32,000 nucleotides of DNA, taken from assembly GCA_963843975.1 (NCBI GenBank), contig CAWJMG010000003.1, forward strand, positions 2,430,001 to 2,462,000. Reading direction: 5' to 3'. Within the stretch, counting starts at the first letter, position 1. Every line of letters starts with the position of its first letter. The notes under the pieces were generated by a model, which was not told where the DNA came from, ran no database searches, and saw only the letters and a list, made by a program, of their open reading frames with translations. Origin of the DNA: an uncultured Actinomycetes bacterium. GTDB taxonomy: Bacteria; Actinomycetota; Actinomycetes; S36-B12; CAIYMF01. The translations under genes and the position numbers were made by a program. Of the stretch, positions 1 to 8,580 are shown one piece after another.

Positions 1-1
1 G

Positions 2-529
2 GGCAGCGCGCTCATCTACCTGTCGCTCGGCTCGCTCGGCAGCGCCGACGTCGACCTCATGAAGCGGCTCGTCGACGTCCTCGGGCGCACCCCGCACCGC
101 TACATCGTCAGCAAGGGGCCCCAGCACGCCGACTACGAGCTCGCCGACAACATGGTCGGGGCGGAGTTCCTCCCGCAGACCACGCTCATCCCGCAGGTGG
201 ACGCCGTCATCACCCACGGCGGCAACAACACCACCACCGAGGCCGTCCACTTCGGCAAGCCGATGATCCTGCTGCCCCTGTTCTGGGACCAGTACGACAA
301 CGCGCAGCGCATGGACGAGACCGGCTTCGGCGTCCGCCTCTCGACGTACGCGTTCACCGAGCAGGAGATGGACGCCGCCCTCGCGACCGTCCTGGACCCG
401 GCGCTGCAGGCCCGCGTGGCCGCCGTCGGCGAGGCGGTCCGGGGCCGCGACGGCCTGCGCCGCGGGGCCGATGTCATCGAGCAGGTCGGCCGCGCCCACG
501 TCGACTCCGCGGAGGGCGCAGGCGCGTGA
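2..529 (+). CDS. UDP-glycosyltransferase, GT1 (MGT-like) family, C-terminal part; the 5' end lies outside the window
   Basis: The frame is open from base 2 (GSALIYLSLGSLGSADVDLMKR...), upstream of the listed Met at 59. It carries the GT1 nucleotide-sugar-binding region ITHGGNNTTTEAVHFGKPMILLPLFWDQYDNAQR. The TGA at 527-529 overlaps the GTG of the next gene (GTGA). Confidence 0.85.
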   Translation, partial: GSALIYLSLGSLGSADVDLMKRLVDVLGRTPHRYIVSKGPQHADYELADNMVGAEFLPQTTLIPQVDAVITHGGNNTTTEAVHFGKPMILLPLFWDQYDNAQRMDETGFGVRLSTYAFTEQEMDAALATVLDPALQARVAAVGEAVRGRDGLRRGADVIEQVGRAHVDSAEGAGA

Positions 530-1838
530 CGTCGCCCTGGGCCGAGCTGGTCGCGGCGGCTGACCCGTCGCTCGTCCTGCCCGTGCGCCCGCGCGGTGCA
601 GCGGTCGCGGTCGCGGGCCCGCTCTCGCTCGTGGACCTCATCGATCTCGGCGACGGCCACGGGGTGGGCGTGGCGCAGACCGGTGACGGCGACCGCTGGA
701 CCGTTCCGCTGGTGCGGGAGGGCGATGCCGTACGCCGCTCGCTGCCCGGCGACGGCACGGCCGAGCGGCTGGTGGAGCTGCTCACCCGCGACCCTTCCGA
801 GCGCTCGGCGGGCCCTACCGCGTCACGACCTGGCACCACGAGCCCGTCTCCGGCGAGCGCGGCGTCACCGTCGACCAGACGAACGAGTCGGTCGTGGTCG
901 GCGAGCGCGCCGTGGTCAAGTGGTGCCTGCGCCTCCCAGCCGGCGACGAGCCGGGATCGCCTGCGCCCCAGCGGCTCGCGGCCCTGGCCGCCGCCGGGTT
1001 CGACGAGACGCCGCGGCCGTGGGGGTCGGTTGAGCGGGTGGTCGACGGGCGTTCCGTGCTGCTCGCCGCGGTCGTGGAGTTCCTTCCCGGCGCGCTGGAC
1101 GGCTGGGACTGGATGGTCGACGACGTGCGCGCGTTCGCGCGCGCCGACCTCACTCTCGACGAGGCGCTCGCACCGGCGAAGCGGCTGGGCTCGCTGACCG
1201 CCCGGATGCACGTCGCCCTCGCAGCGACGGGTCGCGCCGAGGCGACGGACGAGCAGGCCGAGGCCTGGTCGCGCCGCGCGCTGTCAGACCTCGCCGAGGC
1301 GGTCGAGTCGGTCGGCGGCGACGAGGGCGACCGGCTCCGTGGGCGGGCCTCGCGTATCGAGGCGGAGCTCGACGTGCTCGCCTCCTCCGCGGGAGCGGTG
1401 CTCATCGACGTCCACGGCGACCACCACGTCGGCCAGGTGCTGCGCCACGGCGACCCCGCGCAGTACGCCGTCACCGACTTCGACGGCAATCCGGTGCTGA
1501 CGCCGTCCGAGCGGCTCGCCCGCATGCCGGCCGCCGTCGACGTGGCCGGGATGCTCGCCTCGCTCGACCATGTCGGGCGCGTGGTGCTGTTCCGCACCGA
1601 GGGCGTGGACGGCGCAGCCGTGCGGCTCTGGATCGACGAGGCGCAGCGGGCGTTCCTCCACGACTACCGCGACACGCTCGCCCGCATGCGGTCCGCGGAC
1701 CTCCTCGACGAGCACCTCCTGCTGCCGCTGCGCCTGCACCAGGAGGTGCGCGAGTATCTGTACGCGGTACGCCACCTCCCGCACTGGGTCTACGTGCCCG
1801 ACCTCGCGCTCGCCGACCTGATCCCGTCCGAGGAGTAG
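526..1838 (+). pseudogene. Maltokinase (Mak/Pep2)-like / glucosamine-kinase-like phosphotransferase, interrupted by a 1-nt frame break (true pseudogene or assembly indel)
   Basis: Two ORFs in different frames (526 to about 816, and about 813 to 1838) together give about 438 codons with Mak-like motifs. These are VDQTNESVVVGERAVVKW (compare Mak EQSNTSVIF..AILKVFRR), the catalytic HGDHHVGQVLR, and DFDGNP..ER...AVDVAGMLASLDH. The span is 1313 nt (3n+2). One extra C in the CCC run at 813-815 restores ..SAGP-YRVTTWHHEP... The start overlaps the upstream stop (GTGA), and the stop lies 2 nt before the next GTG. Confidence 0.7.
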
Positions 1839-1840
1839 CA

Positions 1841-2809
1841 GTGGAGCCCGACCTGTTCGCCGCCGATCTGGCCGAGAAGCCCGCCCGGCTCGCAGCCCTC
1901 GCAGACGTGCTCGCGTCGGAGGACCCGTGGAGCGTCCTGCCCCAGGACGTCCGCCGCGTCGTCCTGGTGGGCATGGGCTCGTCCGCGTACGCCTCCGGGG
2001 TCGTGGCCGCCCGGCTGCGCGCCCGCGGCTTCGACGCCGTCAGCGAGCTCGCGAGCAGCGACCGGCTCACGGACGTGCGCGACGGCGACGTCGTGGTAGC
2101 CGTCTCGGCCGGAGGCGGTTCGCGCGAGACCGTCGCGGCCGTCGAGCACTACCGCGACCGGGCCCCGCTCGTCCTGCTGACGAACAAGCCGGAATCGCCT
2201 CTGGCGCAGTCGGTCCCGTGCGTCGTCGACATGCTGGCCGGGATGGAGCGCGGCGGGGTGGCATGCCGGTCGTACCAGCACACGCTCGTGCAGCTCCTGG
2301 CCCTCGAGCGGCACCTGCTCGGTCTCGACCGCGACCTCCCGGCACTCGTGCGCGCGAGCGCCGACGCCGGGGCGGCGCTCGCCGCTGGCGCCGACGGATG
2401 GCTCCCCCGGGTGCGCGAGCTGCTCGACGGCCCGGACGGCGCCCACGTCGTGGCACCCGCGAGCAGGCTGTCCTCTGCCCAGCAGTCATCGCTGATGCTG
2501 CGTGAGGGGCCGCGCCGCGTTGCGCACGCGCACGAGACGGGCGACTGGAGCCACGTCGACGTCTACCTCACCAAGACCACCGACTACCGGCTGCTCCTGC
2601 TCGCCGGGTCGCGGTGGGAGGACGAGCTGATGCGCTGGTGCGCGGAGCGCGGCACGACCGTCGTCGCGCTCGGCGCCGAGGTCGAGGGGGCGGCGTACTC
2701 CCTGCGCTACGACGGCGACACCGACGACGACGTGCGTCTGCTCACCGAGGTGCTGGTCGCCGAGCTCCTGGCCGCCGACCTCTGGGCCGCCCGGTCCTGT
2801 GGCACGTGA
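1841..2809 (+). CDS. SIS-domain sugar-phosphate isomerase / GlmS-C-terminal-like protein
   Basis: 322 aa. SIS phosphosugar-binding pattern VVLVGMGSSAYASGVVAARLRARG ... VVVAVSAGGGSRETV. GTG start 2 nt after the upstream stop. GC3-rich codon usage. Confidence 0.8.
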   Translation: MEPDLFAADLAEKPARLAALADVLASEDPWSVLPQDVRRVVLVGMGSSAYASGVVAARLRARGFDAVSELASSDRLTDVRDGDVVVAVSAGGGSRETVAAVEHYRDRAPLVLLTNKPESPLAQSVPCVVDMLAGMERGGVACRSYQHTLVQLLALERHLLGLDRDLPALVRASADAGAALAAGADGWLPRVRELLDGPDGAHVVAPASRLSSAQQSSLMLREGPRRVAHAHETGDWSHVDVYLTKTTDYRLLLLAGSRWEDELMRWCAERGTTVVALGAEVEGAAYSLRYDGDTDDDVRLLTEVLVAELLAADLWAARSCGT

Positions 2810-2811
2810 AA

Positions 2812-2872
2812 GCCCCCGGGCTGGCGCCGCTTAGAACGCGACGGCCGGCTGGACGAGCCGGCACCCGGGGGC
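2812..2872 (+). terminator. Nested GC-rich hairpins after the SIS gene, in a convergent intergenic region
   Basis: The outer stem gcccccggg (2812-2820) pairs with cccgggggc (2864-2872). The inner perfect hairpin is gccggct (2844-2850), loop ggacg, agccggc (2856-2862). It starts 3 nt after the stop at 2809. There is no clear U-tract. Confidence 0.4.
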
Positions 2873-3042
2873 CTCGGTGACTGCCGTGGAGTCGCTGCCG
2901 GGATGGCGCGACCTCGCGGTCAGCAGGCTGTCCTGGCTAGCGGGCAGCCACCTCACGAGTCCGATGTGCATGCATGAAACGGACCACCTCCCTTCACGTG
3001 TAGGAGGACGGTACGTCGGCGCCGCCGGACGCGCATCCCGGT

Positions 3043-4620
3043 TTAGCGAGGTCGCGCCCGGGCTTCAGCGGCAGGTGCCGGAGCCGGTGTCGGTGTAGGT
3101 GCTGCCGGCCGCCGGGACGAAGTCCCACGTGTAGCTCGCTGCGCCGAGGGAGAGGCGCAGGACGCCGAAGGCCGAGGGCTGTGCGCCTCGCTGGTGCTGG
3201 GGATCGACCCGAACCCGCGGGTTCCCTTGCCGCCCGTGCCGACCACGAACTGCCGCATCCCGTCGGGGTCGGCGCGGCCGGCGGAGTCCATCGGGGCGAA
3301 CCGCTCGTAGTCGTGGTCGTGGCCCGACAGCACGAGGTCAGCGCCTCCCTGCTGCAGCGTGTCCCAGAGTGCGGCGACCGACCCGTTGTCCCCGTGCTCG
3401 CCCGAGGAGTACCGCGGGTGGTGGGTGAGCGCCACGGTGCAGCGGGCCGGGTGTGCAGCGAGGTCCGCCCGCAGCCACTGCTCCTGCTTCGACCCGCTGC
3501 CGCAGCCGCCGATCTCACGGCAGTTGGTGTTGAGGACGACCACGTGCCACTCGCCGACGTCCGTGGAGTAGTAGCCCGTCGACCGGTCGCCTGCGCGCGC
3601 GCCGAAGTAGTCGAAGTATCCGGCCGCTCCGCGCGTCTGGTACTCGTGGTTCCCCACGACGGGGATGGTGCGGTCGAGCACCCGGCCGAAGGACGGTGCG
3701 TACGACGTCTGGAACGCCGCGAGCGTCCCGTCCGCGTACTGGTCGTCGCCGAGCGCGGCGAACGCCGTCATCGCGGTGTCGGACACGACGAGGTCGCTGA
3801 CCGCCTGCTGCCTGCACTCCGTGCGCGTGCCCATGCCCCCGTTGAACGCTGAGGCCTTCGGGTCGCAGGCGAGGTCACCGGCCGCCACGAGGACCGGGTC
3901 CGCGGCCGAGGCCGTGGGCGAGGAGAGCGTCGGGCTGGGCGACGTCGCCTCGGGGCTGCTCGCAGACTCACTGGGGCCCGACGTCGGGCTGTCGGTCACG
4001 GCCGGGTCCGTGGGCGAGGGCTCCACCGACGCGGTCGGGCTCGGCGACTCCTCTGCCACGGCCGGCTCGACCGTGATCGCGGCGACCGCCGGGAGGTCCA
4101 CCCGCGCGGTGAACCGCAGGTCGATGCGGCCGTCCGACACCGTCACCAGGATCGAACGGTCGAGCTCGGTGCTGCGTCCGGACTCGGCGTAGATGTCGAG
4201 GTCGGTGAAGAAGGCCTGTCCTTCGGCGGTAGCGGAGAACACCCGCATGCCCGGTGCACGCCAGTAGGTCTCGGCCATGGCGAGGGTCACGAGGTAGGTG
4301 CCGTCCGGCACCGCCGCCGACCAGGCGCTCATCCCGATCCAGCCCGTACGGAGAACGGCGTCGCCGAGGCGACCCGCGACGGGTGTCGTCGCGACCGAGC
4401 CGGCGCGGCCGCCCGTGAAGCCGCTGCTGCGCGCGTACGAGGTGCCGTCGGCCGCGGCCACAGCCGTCTTCCACGAGCCGGCGTCGATGCGGATCGCGGA
4501 TGCCGACGCGGCGGGGGGAGCCAGCCAGGCGACGGTTGCGACCACCAGGACGACAGCGCTCGCCGCCGCTGCGACCACCGTGCGCGGTGAGGTGCGGTGC
4601 CGTGCGTCTGCAGGGGTCAT
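3043..4620 (-). CDS. Secreted malectin-like carbohydrate-binding domain fused to a calcineurin-like metallophosphoesterase; the C-terminus is frame-broken
   Basis: - N-terminal signal/TM segment: [30 protein letters not shown].
- Malectin-like block: IRIDAG...[40 protein letters not shown].
- A P/S/T-rich linker.
- Metallophosphoesterase motifs: [47 protein letters not shown].
- The ATG at 4620 is my preferred start; a TTG at 4656 is the alternative.
- The last ~40 codons of the literal ORF are low-complexity. The family-like ending [37 protein letters not shown] is in another frame and stops at 3065-3067. Confidence 0.8.
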   Translation of the reverse strand: MTPADARHRTSPRTVVAAAASAVVLVVATVAWLAPPAASASAIRIDAGSWKTAVAAADGTSYARSSGFTGGRAGSVATTPVAGRLGDAVLRTGWIGMSAWSAAVPDGTYLVTLAMAETYWRAPGMRVFSATAEGQAFFTDLDIYAESGRSTELDRSILVTVSDGRIDLRFTARVDLPAVAAITVEPAVAEESPSPTASVEPSPTDPAVTDSPTSGPSESASSPEATSPSPTLSSPTASAADPVLVAAGDLACDPKASAFNGGMGTRTECRQQAVSDLVVSDTAMTAFAALGDDQYADGTLAAFQTSYAPSFGRVLDRTIPVVGNHEYQTRGAAGYFDYFGARAGDRSTGYYSTDVGEWHVVVLNTNCREIGGCGSGSKQEQWLRADLAAHPARCTVALTHHPRYSSGEHGDNGSVAALWDTLQQGGADLVLSGHDHDYERFAPMDSAGRADPDGMRQFVVGTGGKGTRGFGSIPSTSEAHSPRPSASCASPSAQRATRGTSSRRPAAPTPTPAPAPAAEARARPR

Positions 4621-4748
4621 GCTCCCCACTGTCCGTGGGGCCCGGGGGACCGTCAATCGATCCGGCTCTGGGTTCTGCGACAGTCCGCTATCCGACGACG
4701 CGGGCCCCGTCCAGCATCAGGGAGTCAGGTGGTGCGCACGCATCGTGG

Positions 4749-5981
4749 TCACGGCGTCGTGTCGGCGGTGTCCGGCAGCGGCTCACCGAGGACGGCGATG
4801 ATCGTCGCGAGAGCAGCGTCGAGATCGGCCTCCTCGACCACGAGCGGCGGCGCGAAGCGGATCGTCCACGTGTGGGTGTCCTTGGCGAGGATCCCGCGTG
4901 CGAGGAGCTCGAGGCTCACCTCGCGACCGGTGCGGCCGGTGCCGTCGAGCTCGACCGCCCACCACAGGCCGCTGCCACGGATCTCCTTGACCCCGGCGAG
5001 GTTCGCGCCACGCAGGGTTGCGAGCACGTGCTCGCCGAGGCGCTTGGACCGCTCCTGCATGACACCGGTCTCGAGCAGCGCCACCACGGCGATGCCGACG
5101 GCGGCCGCCATCGGGTTGCCGCCGAACGTGCTGCCGTGCTCGCCCGGCTTGATGACGCCGAGCACGTCCCAGTCGGCCGTCACTGCGGACACCGGCAGGA
5201 TGCCGCCGCCGAGCGCCTTGCCGAGGATGCGGATGTCGGGCTGCACGCCGACCAGGTCGCAGGCGAAGGTCGCACCCGCGCGACCCATGCCCGCCTGGAT
5301 CTCGTCCGCGATCATCAGCACGTTGCGCTCCGCGCAGAGCTCGCGCACGGCCTCGAGGTAGCCGGTCGGCGGCAGCACGACGCCCGCCTCGCCCTGGATC
5401 GGCTCGACCAGGAACGCGACCGTGTCGTCGGTGATCGCGGCCGCCAGGGCATCGATGTCGCCGTACGGCACCGCGACGAAGCCGGGCGTGTAGGGGCCGT
5501 AGTCGTCACGGGCGACGGGGTCGTCGGAGAACGACACGATCGTCGTGGTGCGACCGTGGAAGTTGCCCTCGCAGACGATGATCTGCGCGCGGTCGTGAGC
5601 GACGCCCTTCTTCTGGTAGCCCCACTTGCGGGCGACCTTGAGGGCCGTCTCGACGCCCTCGGCACCGCTGTTCATCGGCAGCACCGCGTCGTGCCGGGCG
5701 AGGCGCGCGAGGTCGGCGCAGAACTGCCCGAGCTTGTCGTTGTGGAACGCGCGGCTCGTCAGCGTGAGCCGGTGCAGCTGCTCCTCGGCCGCAGCGATCA
5801 GGCCGGGGTGACCGTGACCGAAGTTGATCGCGCTGTACGCCGAGAGCATGTCGAGGTAGCGACGCCCCTCGATGTCGGTGACCCACGCTCCCTCGGCCTC
5901 ACGGATCACGACCGGCAACGGGTGGTAGTTGTGGGCGCAGTGCTCGTGCTCGAAGGCGATGGCGTCGTCGGTGATGCTCAC
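4749..5981 (-). CDS. rocD: Ornithine--oxo-acid aminotransferase
   Basis: Near-collinear similarity to B. subtilis RocD as I recall it: NYHPLPVVI..AEGAWV.D.EG..YLDMLSAYSA.N.GH.HP, LTLTSRAFHND, NFHGRT, ADEIQAGMGRAG.TFACD, GSTFGGNP, IRFAPPL. I place the start at the GTG 5979-5981, preceded by GGAGGA 4 nt upstream. The listed ORF extension to 6245 is Arg/Ser-rich junk. Confidence 0.88.
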   Translation of the reverse strand: MSITDDAIAFEHEHCAHNYHPLPVVIREAEGAWVTDIEGRRYLDMLSAYSAINFGHGHPGLIAAAEEQLHRLTLTSRAFHNDKLGQFCADLARLARHDAVLPMNSGAEGVETALKVARKWGYQKKGVAHDRAQIIVCEGNFHGRTTTIVSFSDDPVARDDYGPYTPGFVAVPYGDIDALAAAITDDTVAFLVEPIQGEAGVVLPPTGYLEAVRELCAERNVLMIADEIQAGMGRAGATFACDLVGVQPDIRILGKALGGGILPVSAVTADWDVLGVIKPGEHGSTFGGNPMAAAVGIAVVALLETGVMQERSKRLGEHVLATLRGANLAGVKEIRGSGLWWAVELDGTGRTGREVSLELLARGILAKDTHTWTIRFAPPLVVEEADLDAALATIIAVLGEPLPDTADTTP

Positions 5982-6130
5982 GGGGTCCTCCAGCGATACC
6001 GCCCTGGGTCGTGCGGCGTCGTGGGTCACGCTGCCACGGAAGCAGGCCCGCACGCGACCGATCGAGCACCTCGGGGCGTCGTGGCGCCGACGGATTCGCG
6101 GGCGGTGGCCGCGCCCCGGTATCGTGACTG

Positions 6131-6152
6131 CTGCTGACTCGCGAGTCAGCAG
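6131..6152. promoter_or_regulatory. Perfect 22-bp palindrome (candidate operator) in the rocD / PQ-loop divergent intergenic region
   Basis: ctgctgactcgcgagtcagcag is its own reverse complement (checked base by base). It lies 150 nt upstream of the rocD start and 50 nt upstream of the 6202 GTG. Confidence 0.45.
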
Positions 6153-6201
6153 TGACGTACGACGCCGGCCGCTCCGCCGGACGACGGAGGAGGAGACGGC
6201 C

Positions 6202-6858
6202 GTGCAGCACGACACGCTCGTGGTGCTCTTCGGCGTCCTCACCACCCTGCTGGCCCTCGGCTACGGCGTCCCTCAGTGGCTCAAGGTGCGCCGTACCGGC
6301 GTCGTCGCCGGAGTCTCGGTGCCGAGCATCAGCTGCGCCCTGGTCTCCGCAGTCGCGTGGGTCGTCTACGCGATCTGGATCCAGGATGTCTGGGTCACCC
6401 TCACGTCCGCAGCGGCCATCCCCGGCCTCGCTGCTGCGCTCGTCGTGCTGCTGCGCACCCACGCGTCGCGCGAGGGCCTCTGGATGACCTGGGCGTGGAT
6501 CGGGGCGATCCTGCTCACGGCGGCGCTCGTCCCCGTGAGCACCGTGCCCATCACCGTCCTGCTCGGCTGCTCGATCCTGTGGTACGTCGCCCCCGCGGCC
6601 TGGACGGCGTGGCGCAGCCCGGACGTCTCGGGGATCGCGCCCGGCGCGTGGATGCTCCTGCTCGTCGAGGCAGGCGTGTGCACCGTCTACGGCGTGCTCG
6701 CCGACGTCCCGGCGTACCTCATCTACGCGGCCATCGCGGCCGTGGGTGCGGTCGCCGTGCTGGCCCGGCTGGTCGTGGCGACCCGCCCGGCGTGCGGCGC
6801 CTGCCCGCCGCTGCGGACGTGCAGCTGCGCGCCCGCCCCGGCCGACGCCCTGGTCTGA
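6202..6858 (+). CDS. PQ-loop / SWEET-like membrane protein with a 3+1+3 (7-TM) arrangement and a Cys-rich C-terminal tail
   Basis: GTG at 6202, preceded by GGAGGAGGAG. Repeat 1 is LVVLFGVLTTLLALGYGVPQWLKVRRTGVVAGVS plus 2 TM. A linker TM (LWMTWAWIGAILLTAALV) follows. Repeat 2 is LLGCSILWYVAPAAWTAWRSPDVSGIA plus 2 TM. The tail is ACGACPPLRTCSCAP. 218 aa. Confidence 0.7.
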   Translation: MQHDTLVVLFGVLTTLLALGYGVPQWLKVRRTGVVAGVSVPSISCALVSAVAWVVYAIWIQDVWVTLTSAAAIPGLAAALVVLLRTHASREGLWMTWAWIGAILLTAALVPVSTVPITVLLGCSILWYVAPAAWTAWRSPDVSGIAPGAWMLLLVEAGVCTVYGVLADVPAYLIYAAIAAVGAVAVLARLVVATRPACGACPPLRTCSCAPAPADALV

Positions 6859-6969
6859 GCCAGCCTCGACGCGACCGGGCAGATCACGAGTCGCCCGTTC
6901 GCGTGCGGGACGGCGTCCGGCGCGGCATGCTTCGGCTCACCCAGCAGCCAGACAGGACCGGAGCCCTCC

Positions 6970-8514
6970 ATGGTGTTCACCTCCCCCCTTCCTGACGTCG
7001 AGATCCCGGACGTGGCGCTCACCGGCTACGTGCTGGAGAACGCGGGCCGGCTCGGCGACAAGCCGGCGCTCATCGACGGCCCCACCGGCCGCACGATCAC
7101 CTACGCCGGGCTCGGCGGCGCGATCCGGATGCTCGCGGGCGGTCTCGTCGCACGCGGCTTCGCCCCCGGCGAGTGCCTCGCCCTGATGTCGCCGAACATC
7201 CCCGAGTACGCCGTGATCTTCCACGGCGTGGCGATGGCGGGCGGTGTGATCACGACGATCAACCCGACGTACACGCACTACGAGGTCAACAAGCAGCTGC
7301 TCGACTCGAAGGCGACGATCCTCGTCACCATCCCGATGTTCCTCGAGGTCGCCACGAAGGGCGCGGAGGGCACCGGCGTCAAGGAGATCTTCGTCCTCGG
7401 CGAGGCCGAGGGCGCGACGCCGGTGACGGCTCTGTTCGGCGCGCCGCTGGCCGAGCAGGTGCCCGTGTCGTCCGACACCCTCGTGTGCCTGCCGTACTCG
7501 TCGGGCACCACCGGCGTGAACAAGGGCGTCATGCTGAGCCACGGCAACCTCGTGGCCAACGTCGCCCAGGTGCTCTCGGCCGCGGACATCCGCGAGGACG
7601 AGACCTTCATCGCCGTGCTGCCGTTCTTCCACATCTACGGCATGCAGGTGCTCATGAACACCGGCCTGCGCGCCGGCGTCACGGTCATCACGATGCCGCG
7701 CTTCGACCTCGAGCAGTTCCTGTCGCTGCACCAGCAGCACGGCATCACGCGCTCCTTCGTGGCCCCGCCGATCGTGGTGGCGCTCGCCAAGCACCCGATG
7801 GTCGACAACTACGACCTGTCAGCCCTCCGCCAGGTCTTCTCCGGCGCAGCCCCGCTGTCGGCTGAGCTGTCGCTCGAGGCCGGGGCGCGGCTCGGCTGCG
7901 ACGTCGTCCAGGGCTACGGAATGACCGAGCTGTCGCCGGTGTCCCACCTGACCCCACCCGGCATGTTCAAGCCGGGATCGTGCGGCGTCACGGCGCCCAA
8001 CACGCTCTCGAAGATCGTCGACCCGGCCACCGGCAAGGAGCTGGGCGTCGACGAGGACGGCGAGCTCTGCATCCAGGGGCCTCAGGTCATGCACGGCTAC
8101 CTCGGCAACGCATCGGCCACGGCCTCGACGATCGACCAGGACGGCTGGCTGCACACCGGCGACATCGGGCACATCGATGCCGACGGCCACCTCTGGATCG
8201 TCGACCGGCTCAAGGAGCTCATCAAGTACAGCGGGTTCCAGGTGCCGCCTGCCGAGCTCGAGGCGCTGCTGCTCACCCACCCCGGCATCGCCGACGCCGC
8301 CGTCGTCGGGCTCGCGGACGAGGAGCACGGCGAGATCCCCGTCGCGCACGTCGTGCCGCGCGCCGGCATCGAGCTCGACCCGGACGAGGTGATGGCGTTC
8401 GTCGCCGAGCGGGTGGCGCACTACAAGCAGATCCGCCAGGTCGTCGTCGCGACCGAGATCCCGAAGTCGGCGTCGGGCAAGATCCTGCGCCGCCTGCTCA
8501 GGGACCAGGGCTGA
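6970..8514 (+). CDS. AMP-dependent acyl-CoA synthetase, 4-coumarate--CoA ligase family
   Basis: 514 aa. AMP-binding box LPYSSGTTGVNKGVMLSHGNL. Also GYGMTELSP, TGDIGHIDADGHLWIVDRLKELIKYSGFQVPPAELE and a C-terminal SASGKILRR. GGAG lies 8 nt upstream of the ATG. Confidence 0.88.
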   Translation: MVFTSPLPDVEIPDVALTGYVLENAGRLGDKPALIDGPTGRTITYAGLGGAIRMLAGGLVARGFAPGECLALMSPNIPEYAVIFHGVAMAGGVITTINPTYTHYEVNKQLLDSKATILVTIPMFLEVATKGAEGTGVKEIFVLGEAEGATPVTALFGAPLAEQVPVSSDTLVCLPYSSGTTGVNKGVMLSHGNLVANVAQVLSAADIREDETFIAVLPFFHIYGMQVLMNTGLRAGVTVITMPRFDLEQFLSLHQQHGITRSFVAPPIVVALAKHPMVDNYDLSALRQVFSGAAPLSAELSLEAGARLGCDVVQGYGMTELSPVSHLTPPGMFKPGSCGVTAPNTLSKIVDPATGKELGVDEDGELCIQGPQVMHGYLGNASATASTIDQDGWLHTGDIGHIDADGHLWIVDRLKELIKYSGFQVPPAELEALLLTHPGIADAAVVGLADEEHGEIPVAHVVPRAGIELDPDEVMAFVAERVAHYKQIRQVVVATEIPKSASGKILRRLLRDQG

Positions 8515-8535
8515 CCCCACCGCACGCAGGCAGCA

Positions 8536-8565
8536 GGCCCGCCCCCGCGGCTTCGGGGGCGGGCC
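8536..8565. terminator. Bidirectional intrinsic-terminator-like hairpin between the convergent ligase and MMPL genes
   Basis: Perfect 12-bp stem ggcccgcccccg / cgggggcgggcc with loop cggctt, followed by ttctg on the + strand. It sits between the stops at 8514 and 8581. Confidence 0.6.
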
Positions 8566-8580
8566 TTCTGCCGTGACACG

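Noticed and set aside
2877-3098. 73-aa + strand ORF in the convergent intergenic region after the SIS gene.
   Set aside because: No RBS, mixed codon bias and no recognisable motif. It overlaps the 3' end of the phosphoesterase gene. The region is better explained by terminator hairpins.
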